Of a stretch of DNA of 64,000 nucleotides, positions 1 to 13,681 are shown one piece after another; position 1 is the first letter of the stretch; every line of letters starts with the position of its first letter. The stretch covers positions 6,820,001 through 6,884,000 of the forward strand of contig OX597816.1 in NCBI GenBank assembly GCA_951406725.2, in the 5' to 3' direction. Below the pieces are notes generated by a model, which saw only the letters and a program-made list of their open reading frames with translations, did no database searches and had not been told where the DNA came from. The stretch is from Octopus vulgaris. Taxonomy: Eukaryota. Made by a program: the position numbers and the translations under genes.

Positions 1-239
1 TCCGCCTGTTTCTGGAAATAGATTAAGCCAAACATCCAAACATCACCTGAGAGCACACTAGGCACATACTACATCCCCTCTCTTTGCTCACCTCCTCCAC
101 CACCTCTCAGAACCACTTCTATTTATCCTTATCTTCCTTGGCCACAATTTCCACCAATCACCCCTTTTCTGTGCATTTAGCCCTTGCTCTCTCCCCTCTG
201 CTATAATCCATCCTTTACACCTCTCTTATCTTTCCTGTT

Positions 240-652
240 TCTTTATTGCCCACAAGGGGCATACACACAGAGGGGACAAACAAGGACAGACAAATGGATT
301 AAGTCGATTACATCGACCCCCAGTGCATAACTGGTACTTAATTTATCAACCCCGAAAAGATGAAAGGCAAAGTCGACCTGGGCGGAATTTGAACTCAGAA
401 CGTAGCGGCAGACGAAATACCTATTTCTATTTCTTTACTTCCCACAAGGGGCTAAACACAGAGGAGACAAACAAAGGCAGACAAACGGATTAAGTCGATT
501 ATATCAACCCCAGTGCGTAACTGGTACTTATTTATCGACCCCGGAAGGATGAAAGGCAAAGTCGACCTCAGCAGAATTTGAACTCAGAACGTAACGACAG
601 ACGAAATACCGTTAAGCATTTCGCCCGGCGTGCTAACATTTCTGCCAGCTCA
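240..652 (-). mobile_element. tRNA-derived SINE family A, dimeric copy
   Basis: On -: A-box-like TGGCAGAAA.GTTAGC, B-box GAGTTCAAATTC, body GCCTTTCATCCTTTCGGGGTCGAT; many copies in the window. Confidence 0.8.
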
Positions 653-1147
653 CCTCTCTTATCTTTCCATCACCCTCTATGTCCTTGCATATCTATCACA
701 GCCCCACTAAACCACTCCTATATCTCACACCATCACTTGCTACAGTCACCTCTAGCCCATCTCTTCTAACACTTGTATAAAACTCCCCTTCTATACCACC
801 CTGCCCACTCACACAGTCTAGTCCACTATGTCACTTCACCTCTGTTCACCCCCAATTGTACCTTGGGTGTACAGCTGGGGGTGAATAAAGCCAAAGATGT
901 CCCAACACATCTCCACCTCCATCTCTCTGTCTATCTAGCTAGCTAGCTGTTTATCAGTTTATCCATCTATTTATTTATCTATCTATCCATTTATCTATAC
1001 ATCTACACTCTCGGAGTGGTTGGCGTTAGGAAGGGCAGCCAGCTGTAGAAACTCTGCCAGCTCAGATTGGAGCCTGGTGCAGTCATCTAGTTCGCCAGTC
1101 CTCAGTCAAATCGTTCAACCCATGCTAGCATAGAAAACAGACGTTAA

Positions 1148-1179
<32 letters not shown>

Positions 1180-1282
1180 CTATCAATCTATCCACCTATC
1201 TATCTATCTATCTATCTATCCATCTCTCTATCTATCTACCTATCTATCTATCTATCTACCTATCTATCAATCTATCCATCTC

Positions 1283-1332
<50 letters not shown>

Positions 1333-1367
1333 CATCTCTCTATCTATCTACCTATCTATCTATCTAC

Positions 1368-1400
<33 letters not shown>

Positions 1401-1440
1401 CATCTATCAATTTATCTATCTATTTATCTATTTATCTATC
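1180..1440. repeat. (TATC)n microsatellite
   Basis: Read directly. Confidence 0.95.
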
Positions 1441-1442
1441 TG

Positions 1443-1655
1443 TCTGCCTGAAGAAAGACCCAAACAAGGGGGACATAATAGATAACTTCAGGCCCATCAC
1501 TCTGCTCAATACAGACTTGAAGATTTTGGCCAAATTGTTAGCCAAAAGGTTGGTGCTTGTCATCAAGAAACTGGTCGACAAGGCACAAACGTGCACCATG
1601 CCGGGCTGGAGTATCCATGACAACCTCTATCTGATGCGCTACATCATAGACAGGG
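1443..1655 (+). mobile_element. L1/Tx1-type LINE reverse transcriptase fragment
   Basis: KKDPNKGDIIDNFRPITLLNTDLKILAKLLAKRL...AQTCTMPGWSIHDNL. Confidence 0.8.
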
Positions 1656-3861
1656 TACAAAGCCGCCTCCCTCAAAACTACTCCCTACTCCCAGTCAAGG
1701 GGTCTTTGTCTTACAAGTTACTTGGTGACCCTCCACCAGTGCTGGTGCCATGAAAAAAGGCACCCAGTACATTCTGTAAATTGGTTGGTATCAAGAAGGA
1801 TATCCACTCATACAAACCATACTGAATCAGACAAAGGAGCTCGGGACAGCCCCTTGGCTTACCAGCTCCTGTCAAACCGTCCAACCCCTGCCAGCATGGG
1901 AAATGGACATTAAATGATGATGATGATAATCCAAAGGTTTTTCTGATATTTTTCCAATGATTGTGACTCCTCTCTATTGAAGCTTTGCCATTTCACTGCA
2001 AAGAAGGCACCGAGTTTGAAACGGAACTTGTCCACATTCTTTGAAACTTCTGACACCAGAACCTCAATTACAAAACCCCTTCACCAACAACAGAGAACCT
2101 GGTGATGTGTCGTGCAATATAAAAACCACAGCAATAGTATTAATAGTGAGTTTGTATTCAATATTTAGTAACCAAATTGTCTCATCTTATACTCGTTTCT
2201 GTCATCAGACAGCTGCCATGCTGGAGCACCACCTAGAAGAATCCTAGTTGAACAACTTTTTTTTTTAAAGCCTGCTGATGGTGATGATGATGGTTGTGGT
2301 GATGGATCTCTGTCATTTCACAATGTGGATTCAACGGATTAAGTCGATTACATTGACTCCAGTGCGTAACTGGTTCTTATTTAATCAACCCCGAAAGGAT
2401 GAAAGGCAAAGTCAACCTCGGCGGGAATTTGAACTCAGAACGTAGAGGCAGACAAAATACTGCTGAGTATTTCACCTAGCATGCAAATGATTCTGCTGGC
2501 AAAGATGAATTGTACCAGGGATTCAAAAGGTCCAGCCTTATCGCATTCAGTGTCATGGTGAATCTCTCCCAGAAAACTATGTTAGGGGTATGCACCAGGG
2601 ACATGCCGCCTGGGTAGGCAAGGTAGGCAGTGCCTACCTTGAATAAAATAGATCGATAGCAACATTTTCTTTTTATGGCAAAATATGCACCAAATTCAAT
2701 AAAATTTTGAAGGTTATTCTGATTACAATGCATAAAATACAAAATATTTTAATTTTTGTAGATTAGCCAGGCATAATTCACCCCTGCTTTTCAATCTCAC
2801 TATTTAAGCTATGCATAGAACTGCTGTAGTACACATGCTGCGTACACTCCTACAACACTGTTTTCTTTACATGTTATAAAGGCAGAAGTAAATCTGTCTT
2901 CAACTCAGTTGCACATCTGGGTTTTGCTTATTTTTTGTGTTTTACTACATAAACGTCACCAACTGCCTACCCTAAGTAATTACTGATGGCACGTGCCTGG
3001 TGCACGTGTCTGTGGAGTGTCCAGCCATTTGCATGTTAATTTCAAGAGCAGGCTGCCCCATTGATCAGATCAACTGGAACACTCATTCTCATAACCGGTG
3101 GAGCACCAGTTTTCATGAAGGAGAGTGGCTTAATGGTTAAGAGTATTCAGCTCACGATCGTTAAGTCATCAGTTCAATTCTCAGTGGTGCACTGTGTCCT
3201 TGAGCAAGGTACTTTATCTCACCTTGCTCCAGTTCACTCAGCTGGCAAAAACGAGTAGTACCAGTAATTCAAAGGGCTAGCCTTGTCTCATCCTGTGTCA
3301 CACTGAATCTCCCTGAGAACTTTGTTAAGAGTACACGTGTCTGTGGAGTACTCAGCCACTTGAAGGTAATTTCACGAGCAGGTTGTTCCGTACATCGGAT
3401 CAATGGAAACACTCATCATCGTTACTGACAAAGTGCCAGGTTTTAAAGTTTTTCATAATTAAAATGTCTTTCATTAGTAACTCTTAATGAAACAGAAAAC
3501 CTGTTCAGGAATGAGGAGTCGGAATGGAAATATAAAGAAACAAAAAATTCATTTGTACTGCAAGGAATCCATTATTTCTCAAATCTATCTCAATTAATTT
3601 GGCTCCCATTCAACACAGCATTCACAGAGAGCTTGGTAGCCTGGAACAACATCTGAGGCACATCATCAAGTGCTAAACAAATAAACAACAACATTAACAA
3701 CAACAAACACACAATTAAATATATCGATATTTCGAGTGGAATCAGTTTGCTAAGGTTTTTCTTCTTTGTTACAAAATTCTCATTGAATACATTGAAATAT
3801 TGGATGGAGTTGTGTGATAATAGCTCAAAGACATTGCGAAAAAAATTGTGAAAAAGAAACT

Positions 3862-4273
3862 GGAGTGGCTGTGTGGTAAGTAGCTTGCTTACCAACCACA
3901 TGGTTCCGGGTTCAGTCCCACTGCGTGGCATCTTGGGCAAGTGTCTTCTGCTATAGCCCCGGGCCGACCAATGCCTTGTGAGTAGATTTAGTAGACGGAA
4001 ACTGAAAGAAGCCCGTCGTATATATGTATATATATGTATATGCGTGTGTGTGTTTGTGTGTCTGTGTTTGTCCCCCTAGCATTGCTTGACAACCGATTCT
4101 GGTGTGTTTACGTCACCGTTACTTAGCGGTTCGGCAAAAGAGACCAATAGAATAAGTACTGGGCTTACAAAGAATAAGTCCCGGGGTCGATTTGCTCGAC
4201 TAAAGGCGGTGCTCCAGCATGGCCGCAGTCAAATGACTGAAACAAGTAAAAGAGTAAAAGAGAGTAAAGAGTA
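3862..4273 (+). mobile_element. tRNA-derived SINE family B
   Basis: GGAGTGGCTGTGTGGTAAG...GGGTTCAGTCCC head, internal (TA/TG)n, (GTAAAAGA)n tail. Other copies at about 4921-5465(-), 7648-8038, 29126-29515(-), 33178-33510, 40664-41056(-), 44518-44873. Confidence 0.8.
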
Positions 4274-4481
4274 TTTAATGAAACCTCCACACCAATTACG
4301 GTTGGTTTTCATGGAATTAAATTACTTGTGGGTTACGAGATCATCTCCAGTTTTTTCTTGTTTTGTTAAGTTGTAAAGTTAGAAACCAGACAGAAAATAT
4401 TTGAAGAACTTCAAGAAGACGAACCATTCCACATTTTTACTAGAAATAGCTGAAGGAGAGTTTATATGATAATTCTCTATA

Positions 4482-4876
4482 TCTTTATATATAAAAGTGA
4501 AGTTGTATGTCTGTCTCCCACAATTTAGATTCCTAACTACTCCCACATTTTGTGGTGCAGTGTAACCAAAAGCGGGTATCTTATAGTCGTGATTCATATC
4601 GAGCCCTTCTGGGTATTAGCGCACGTCTACGATGAGCCTACGATTTTAAAAAAAATTTACCATAATTTTTTCCCATTTTTCATGCATTTTTTTGCTATTA
4701 TATAAGGGAAGTAACTCTCTAAAAATGTATTATTAAATCTCAGAACATAAAAAGCTACAGTAACACCCCCCTTTGTGGTTAGCCGTATTGAGATGGCTAT
4801 TATACTTTACATCTCTAAAAATGCTTATATAGTTATTTCCCTTACAAACCCAAGCAACGCCGGGCAATACTGCTAG
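4482..4876 (+). mobile_element. Non-autonomous Helitron
   Basis: A|TC...CTAG|T termini with sub-terminal hairpin CCCAAGCAACGCCGGG; same family at 12632-13034 (-). Confidence 0.75.
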
Positions 4877-5714
4877 TTGTATATAAATGTATACATTAAC
4901 ATATATATATCTCTTTTATCTCTTTTACTTGTTTCAGTCATTTGAATGCGGCCATGCTGGAGCACCACCTTTAGTCGAACGAATTGACCCCAGGACTTAT
5001 TCTTTGGAAGCCTAGTACTTATTCTATCGGTCTCTTTTGTCCAACCACTAAGTTATTGGGACATAAACACACCAGCATCAGTTGTCAAGCGATGTTGGGG
5101 GGGCAAACACAGACACACAAACATATACACAGACACACATACACATATACGACGGGCTGTTTTTAGTTTCCGTCTACCAAATCCACTCACAAGGCTTTGG
5201 TTGACCCGAGGCTATGGTAGAAGACACTTGCCCATGGTGCCATACAGTGGGAATGAACCAGAAACCATGTGGTTGGGGGCAAACACAGACACACATACAT
5301 ATATACGACGGGCTGTTTTTAGTTTCCGTCTACCAAATCCACTCACAAGGCTTTGGTTGACCCGAGGCTATGGTAGAAGACACTTGCTCATGGTGCCATG
5401 CAGTGGGAATGAACCCGAAACCATGTGGTTGGTAAGCAAGCTACTTACCACACAGCCACTCCTGCACCTAAAAAGAATTATTTGACTGACGCTCTAATGA
5501 TGCTGCCAACCTTTCTAGACATAGATTTAGATGAATATGGTACATAAGTTGAGGCACCAGAATTTAGTATGGTATTATCCATACAATTCAAAATGGGGTG
5601 ATTTCAATCAAAATAAGCAACAAGGATATCCAGAGGTAATGCAGTACGATCGTTTCATCATTCATATTTGCCATTCACTGCCTTTACTTCTATTCCTATC
5701 TCCACTTTCACGCT

Positions 5715-6422
5715 ATCATCATCATTGTTCGACCGTGGTTGAGACAATGGAATTTACCATGCTACGCCAGACTTCACGGTCCATCATGGCATTACAGAGG
5801 TCCTGTTGCTGGATACCTGTATCCCTGGAGATTACATCAGGGTAGGAGAGTGTGCGCCCTCTGGTATTGCGAGTAGATGGCTTCCAGAGGAGAAGAGTAG
5901 AAATTACTTCTGTTTCAGCTCTACAACAATGTCCAACAAACTGGACTCTCTTACCTTTCACAAGAGATGACACAGGTGGTAGTTTTCCATATATTTGCAT
6001 TTTGGTTGGATGGTGCTTCCACGGGAGATTTTGAGCTCTCATAAGAAGGCGAGTGTAGGTTCCATCCAACCGCCTCTCAAGCTTCTTTGATAACGTCCAG
6101 GTGTCTGAGCCATATAGTAGAATTGGTTCGACTGTGTCTTTGAAGATTTCAAGTTTGAAGTCTCTACTTAGATTTGATGACCAGATCTTATGCATGTCAT
6201 TACAGGCTGACCAGGCCATACCCTTTCTAGTTAGAAAGTCTTTTCCAGATGATGATATGTATGACCCAAGATATTTGTAATCAGAAACCATATTTAAGGG
6301 CGCATTGTTGAGAGTATGGATGATGCAATCAGTTGGACAGGCACTTGTTTATGTATTCAGTCTTGGCCTCATTGAGGTAAAGACCTACACAATTTGAGGC
6401 TTGTTCAAGAGATTGTAAAAGA
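5715..6422 (-). mobile_element. LINE 3' fragment (RT C-terminus, RTE-like)
   Basis: YKYLGSYIS...EPILLYGSDTWTL...RVQFVGHC; short (TGA)n tail; second copy at about 27325-27630. Confidence 0.8.
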
Positions 6423-6852
6423 GACAGCCACCCAGCTACCCAACAAGCCATCCTTGATTCCCCAACTTTGTTCTTTCTCTTCCATCTTCTTTGTACCTTG
6501 AGGGTATGCCCTAAAACCTCATCTCCATCATCCTTTCTCCCTTACCTGTAAGGTAGCCATGCATCTCCTCTACAGCATCACACCTGCTTCTCCTCACCTG
6601 TCATACTTTAGCCTCTCAACACCTGCCATAAAGCCACCCCCATCAATACTGCCACCACTCCCCCTCCCCACTCTAAGTTACTTGGTGACCTCATTTGTGC
6701 TGGCCCTCATAAAAGAGCACCCAGTACACTCTGTAAAGGGATTGGTTTTAGGAAGGGCATCCGGCTGTAGAAACCTTGCTAAAGTAAACACTGGAGGTTG
6801 ATGCTGCCCCCAAGTTGGTCATCCTGTAAAACTGTAAAACCCAGGGCTAAAT

Positions 6853-6923
6853 AACATACATACGTACATACATACATACACACATACATACACACACATA
6901 CATGCATACATACATACATACAC

Positions 6924-6954
<31 letters not shown>

Positions 6955-7360
6955 TACATACATGCATACACACACACATACATACATACATACATACATA
7001 CACACACATACATGCATACATACATACATACAACATACATACATACATACATACATACATACATACATGCATACATACACACATACATACATACATACAT
7101 TCACACATACATACATACATACATACACACACATGCATACACACATACATACATACACACACACATACATACATACATACATACACACACATACATACAT
7201 GCATACATACACACACACATACATACATACATACATACATACATACATACATACATACATACATACATACATACATACATGCATACATACATGCATACAC
7301 ACATACATACATACATACATACATACATACATACATACATACATACATACATACATACAT
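6853..7360. repeat. Imperfect (CATA/CA)n microsatellite
   Basis: Read directly. Confidence 0.95.
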
Positions 7361-7361
7361 G

Positions 7362-10062
7362 CAAACAAACAAAATTGATGCAGAAACCTTTGCTATAGCA
7401 GTAGGCAAACTGCAGAATGGGAAGGGACCTAATAGTTGGATACTGGTACAAGAAGCCAACATTTTATAGAAACCAGTTGGTATGTATGTTCGAAAGGACT
7501 GTGGAAGGTCAGACTGCTATACCAAATTAGCTTGCTACATCAGGGACAAATCTTGTTGCCAAAAATGAAATCACCGAGATGGCAGGAAACTACAGGCCCA
7601 CTGCTTGTCTAAACATTATGTACAAACTGTACACAAGTTTGTACATAGACGCAGGAGTGGCTGTGTGGTAAGTAGCTTGCTAACCAACCACATGGTTCCG
7701 GGTTCAGTCCCACTGCGTGGCATCTTGGGCAAGTGTCTTCTGCTATAGCCCCGGGCCGACCAAAGCCTTCTGAGTGGATTTGGTAGACGGAAACTGAAAG
7801 AAGCCTGTCGTATATATGTATATATGTATGTGTGTGTGTGTGTTTGTGTGTCTGTGTTTGTCCCCCTAGCATTGCTTGACAACCGATGCTGGTGTGTTTA
7901 CGTCCCTGTCACTTAGCGGTTCGGCAAAAGAGACCGATAGAATAAGTACTGGGCTTACAAAGATTTGTTCGACTAAAGGCGGTGCTCCAGCATGGCCGCA
8001 GTCAAATGATTGAAACAAGTAAAAGAGTAAAAGAGTAAAGTTGCCTTGACCAATTCCTCCAAGACCATCGTGAGTCGAACAACAGCGTGACTGATGAACA
8101 GGCTGGTGGAAAGAAGTGATTGTGGGGATGTGCCAAACAGCTTTTAATAAACAAAGCTGCACTGTCTCAAGTAAGAAAACAATGCAGAAACCTTGTGACA
8201 GCATGGTTTGATGATTAGAAGGCATTCAACTCTATCCTTCATTCATGGCTGTTGAAGTGCCCTACATCTGGCAAACGTACCTACCATGCTAATTGCTGCT
8301 GTAGAGAGACTCACAAAGACATGGACACCTATTCTTACCCTTACTAATGAGAACGAAATAATTGTTTCTGATAGTATAGACATTACGAAGGGAATATTCC
8401 AGGGAGATAGTCTTTCTGTACTTCTTTTCATTTTGGCACTGAATCCATTATCGTTTCTACTGCAGAAAACAAATGGTTACGTGCTAGGATCTTCACCTGC
8501 CAGAATTATCAATGTAAATCATAATTTCTCTGCAGATGACCTGAAGATTTATGCTAAAAGTGTTAACAATGCCAAAAAACAACTGGAATTAATAACAAGA
8601 TTTTCAACTGATATAGGCATGGAATTTGGCCAAAAAAAAAAAAGAATGTTCATATTTGGTTATAGAATGAGAAATGCCAGTCCACCAAAGCCCACACCTG
8701 TGCATCAATGGTCCCTCTATCTCCCCCATTCCACACATTCCATATTTGGTTATAGAACGAAGAAAGTCAGTCTCCCAAACGCAAAACCTGTGTATCAACA
8801 GTCTCTTTATCTCCCCCATTCCACACAAAGAATGTTTCAAGCACCTAAGTATAGACGAAAATGTATCATCAATGTGAATAAAGGTAGAGTGACCCGAGAA
8901 TATTACACCAGGCTTAGGAAGATACGGCAGACGGAACTCTCCTCTCATAACAAAACAATATCCCACAATGCATTTGCAGTACCAATGCTGGTCCCAACAT
9001 TTGGGATACTTGATTAGTCTGTAGAGGAAATCGACTCCATAAATATCAAAACCCGCAATGTCCTGACAACAACTGGGAACTTCCACAGAAGCAGTGATGT
9101 TGACAGGCTCTACCTAAGACGAAATGAAGGTGGTAGAGGCCTGAGGTCAGTGCAGACGGCATTCGAATGCTGTATGGTATCATTGAGGCTGCACCAGCTG
9201 GACAACAGCAGCAAAAATAAATATATAAATGCAGTCCTGAAAAGTGAAGTAAGTTGGCAGTGAGCTCCTCGACAAACACTCTCTTCCTGATGATCTTCTA
9301 TACAGCCCCAAAACAGCTGGGCTGTCTTACCTGCACTCACCAAACAAAAAAAAAAGACTATGCATGGGTATGTTGCCCGGAAGCTTGAAGCAGACAGTAG
9401 AATTGACACGAAGCGCAGCCTCTCTTGGACACAAGGCCACTACATTACATCATACTTTGAAGGCTATGCATTTGCAATCCAGGAACAGGAGATTGCCACA
9501 TAGAACCTGGTGAACAAGAGAGACAGTGATGCTCTTGTAATCCCAAGGTTCAACCGCATGTGTAGGCCATGTCATGTTTCTGTGGAAGACATTATGCATG
9601 TGATTAACACCTGTCCTAAAATGTCGGATAATGTAGTTTGGGACAGAGGGGCAAAGGTATGAGCTGTCATATAGTTTAGGTGCCTTGCAGATATAAATAT
9701 CTCTTTGAAAATCAAAGAAAAAGAGGATATCTATGGATTATTGTTTCGAAACCTCCGGTTTCTATATCCAGACTATTAATTCATATTCATACCAATAATA
9801 ATTGGAGCAATAGGTTTTGTTAGTAAATGCTAAAAGGAGAATCTGGATAAACTGGGATTTTCAGAAAGAGAAACTGACTGGCTAATTCGTACATTACAAG
9901 TGCAATCTGTGAGTGGAACAGTAAAAATATGCAAGACTTTTCTCAAGTTCCAAATGTGAATTTGTCTGTGTTAACTACATCCCAAAGATGGAGCCTTGTG
10001 TCTTTGTTGGAAACTGTCTCCCTCCTCAGTGGAAGATTTATAATAAATGAGAAATAGAAGAG
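7362..10062 (+). mobile_element. Degenerate R4/Dong-like non-LTR retrotransposon, interrupted by a SINE
   Basis: NYRPTACLNIMYKLYT, KGIFQGDSLSVLLFILALNPLS, DDLKIYAK, RLYLRRNEGGRGL, CRPCHVSVEDIMHVINTC knuckle, IPIIIGAIG; frameshifts and stops; AATAAA near the 3' end. Confidence 0.8.
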
Positions 10063-10246
10063 ACATACATACATACATACATACATACATACATACATAC
10101 ACACATACATACATACATACATACATACATACATACATACATACACACACACACATACATACATACATACATACATACATACATACATACATACATACAT
10201 ACATACATGCATGCATGCATGCATGCATATATGCATGAATACATAC
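10063..10246. repeat. (CATA)n microsatellite
   Basis: Read directly. Confidence 0.95.
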
Positions 10247-10599
10247 CTCAAGAAGTCAGGGTGTATGAGAGGTGAACACATTTATTTAACCACTTGATAT
10301 CCATAGGATTAGATCCATTTCACAGCCTCCATCAAGTAATAAGAATTTTAGTGTAGAATGAATTACTTTACAGGCATGCACCAACACACATGCACCAATG
10401 TGCATGCTGCACACTGTACTCTACAACTTCAGATGGATTTCAGCTGCACTGAGCTCTACATTATACTTTTCTATATTGGATTATTTGACTTAACTGTTGT
10501 TCGCCGTGTCTCAGCCCCCATACAATAACACCGCTTTTATGTTAGTGTTAAAAATTCTTATTTTGTTCTTTATTGAAATTTCACATGCGCTCCATAATT

Positions 10600-10980
10600 T
10601 CTTTAACAGGTGTAAAGCGGTCCTTGCCTTACTTATTCTTGCATAGTGTACTTAAAATTAGATGGCCCGAACACATAAGCAATATGGATCTATGGCAAAG
10701 AACAAATCAAGTTTCGATTAGGGAGCAGATATTTAAGAAAAAGTGGAAGTGGATTGGTAGCACAATTAGAAATGACACACCAAATGTAGCGAAAAGTGAT
10801 TTACAGTGAAAACTGGATGGATATAGAAGGAGAAGTAGGCCTAAGAAGTCGTGGCAGAGATCAACACAAAGGAACTAGAGAAAGGGGGACATTCACGGCA
10901 GAGTATTAGTACAGAAGCCAAAAATTATGCGACATGGAATTCAACTATAAGTGGCCTATACTCCGCGTTGGAGGGTTAAA
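10600..10980 (+). mobile_element. RTE-type LINE 3' fragment
   Basis: LKIRWPEHISNMDLWQRTNQVSIREQIFKKKWKWIG. Confidence 0.7.
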
Positions 10981-12241
10981 GGCATAAAGAAAAATAATTT
11001 TGGATTATTAAAAGGTTTGATAGCCAGGTCCAGTAAAGGAGTTTTTCCTTGATTGCCACAGAATTCCATGAGTCAACATATTGTACTAGAAATTTATTTA
11101 TATATAATATGTAAATGTAAGATCCAAGAATCCAGGTGTAGGAAGTTAGTAAACTCCAAGCAGTCCATAATAGGTATAAAATAACAACTTTCAGGAACAA
11201 TAATAGTTTCTTGGCATAAAAGGTTGTAGGTTTTTCCCATATAGAAGTTTCATATGCTGAAAAAAGTTTTTTTATAGTTCACAGTTAGCAACCAGGGTTG
11301 TTCTGAATGTGAGTAAAAATATCCAAATTGAGGGAATGTAGCAGGTACCTTTGGATTGATGAGCAGCTAGTGGGAGTACTCAATATTGGGTAATTATTAC
11401 TTCTGAGGTTCTGCTAGCTAGGAAGCATATGTAGCCTGGATTTTACCAGTTCCATTCCCTCAATTTGGATTTATATAGATATATGTGTGCATGTGTGTGT
11501 GTGTGTATATATGGGGTCGAATTCCTCGACTAAAGGCGGTGCTCCAGCATGGCCGCAATCAAACGACTGAAACAAATAAAAAAAATATATATATATATAT
11601 GTATTTATATATATATAGTATTGTAGAAAAGTTAGGGTAACAAACTTCTCACCACACGGCCATGCGTGCGCCTTTACTTAGTTTTGGGGTTTTTTTTTCT
11701 CCTGGTTGCCTCTGACACATGAGGCAGTGTCCACACATGTATGTATGTATAGGAACATATACGTATATATGAGCACCTGTATGTATTTATGTGTGTGTGT
11801 TTGTGGAGACAGCGAGCATGATGACATAAAGGGAAGCCATGCAAACGCAAAATTATTTCCAAGGGGAAATAACTTTTTCCAACTTCTTCCAGGTATTGCA
11901 TGTTTATTTCCCTTACTCTTTATAACGACTTCATGGCAAAAAGCGAAATTAAGAAATGGTAGAGGCACCAATCTGTAGCAGACAGAGAAATGCTCAAATG
12001 AACTGGATCCGGTTTGTTTTAACAAATGTAGAATGATGTAAAGTCGATTCTAGCAGAATTTTAAATAAAGAGCTATGGTAAACGAAACTAACTTTGGTTA
12101 ATGCTACGGGAGGGTGCGGAGAGGACTTTGGTAAAATTCACAAGATCCGAGCTTTTCCCTCGAAACTTTCAGGAAAATGGTTTTTTCGCTAAAATTTATA
12201 GAAATACCTTTCAAACAGAATACATTACGATTATAAAGAAA

Positions 12242-12630
12242 ATAGCAGTATCGCCCGGCGTTGCTCAGGTTTGTTTCGACCCTTTAGAATTGGAATTTTT
12301 GAAAAGTAAAAAGTTTGCATTATGTAGCTTGTTATTCTCTTTAAGTGAACATTTTTCTGGTTGAAATACACCGAAATATGGCGACACAGCAGTCAAAAAA
12401 TCGAATAAAAAATAGGGATTTTCATAGAAAAAAAGCACCTTTTTGATGTAAATAATTTTTGGTGTTAACATGGTCCGATTTGAATTTTTTTCTTCTACGG
12501 ACGGAAGAGCAAGCCTTCTTCTATCATACTCTCAATTTTGGTCAACTTGCGCCACAGGGTCTTGGAGGAGATAGTGTTAGTTGAAGGCTACCAAACCTGC
12601 CATACACAGACAACTTCAGCTTTATATATT
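12242..12630 (-). mobile_element. Non-autonomous Helitron, second family
   Basis: Hairpin and (C)TAG terminus on -; close copies at 61119-61546 and 63885-64000. Confidence 0.7.
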
Positions 12631-12631
12631 A

Positions 12632-13034
12632 CTAGCAGTATCGCCCGGCGTTGCTCGGGTTTGTAAGGGAAATAACTATATAAGCATTTTTAGAGAGTTA
12701 TAGTTAAAAAATAGCAAAAAAATGCATTAAAAAGGGAAAAAAAATGATGGTAAATTTTTTTTTAAATCGTTGACTCATCGTAGACATTTTTAGAGAGTTA
12801 CTTCCCTTATATAATAGCGAAAAAATGCATTAAAATGGAAAAAAATTATGGTAATTTTTTTATTTTAAATCGTAGACTCATCGTAGACACGCGCTAATAC
12901 CCAGAAGGGCTCGATATGAATCACGACTATAAGATACCTGCTTTTGGTTAAACTGCACCGTAAAATGTGGGAGTAGTTAGGAATCTAAATCGTAGGAGAC
13001 AGACAGCACACAACCTCACTTTTATATATAAAGA
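12632..13034 (-). mobile_element. Non-autonomous Helitron
   Basis: Reverse-complement copy of 4482-4876 with TC and CTAG ends. Confidence 0.75.
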
Positions 13035-13049
13035 TAGAGATTGCCTGTG

Positions 13050-13465
13050 GCGATATCTGCAAGAATGAATTGCATTGATATAAAAACTGCCGATCATTGG
13101 TACCAGTTCTGTAGAGATGTTTGTTCGGCAAAACTGGTGCAGGACAAAACTCTCCATTGGTGGTCCGGATCATACGGTGGAGATCGATGAAAGCTTGTTC
13201 TTCAATAGCAAGAACAATGTGGGAAGAATGTGTGTCAAAACTTGGGTTGTCAGATGTTATGACACCACAATCAGAAAAGGATTCTTCAGGATGCACCCGA
13301 TAGGAGTACAGAGATGTTGGAGGATGTTATCAGACAAAACGTTCTTCCAGGAACTATGGTTATGACTGACAACTTGGCAAGCTATTGTAATCTCCACATA
13401 CTCGGATACATTCACCATATGGTAAATCATTCCCCAAATTTCATAGATCGGTCACCGGGGCATGT
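13050..13465 (+). pseudogene. Merlin (IS1595-like) transposase remnant
   Basis: WYQFCRDVC, IGGPDHTVEIDESLF..K..GR...WV, IRQNVLPGTMVMTD..SY..L..LGYIHHMVNHSPNFID in shifting frames. Confidence 0.8.
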
Positions 13466-13681
13466 ACAAATCGGCAGAAGTAAAGATCATGGACTGCACC
13501 CCCTTTGGGGTATTTTTGGGGTTTCATTTTTATATGAACACACTATATCGAGGGCAGAGATTCCGAATCTGCCAAAAAATTTGCATTTCAAAATTTATAT
13601 TGTATCCCCCCCCTACACACACACACAAAAAAAAAAAACACATATAAATAACAAAATACACCTTTACTCACTCACTATCTC

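Noticed and set aside
6779-7462. Long ORFs such as MYVCMYVC and HTYIHTYI (also at 1148, 9943, 44019 and 56103)
   Set aside because: Translations of stop-free microsatellites
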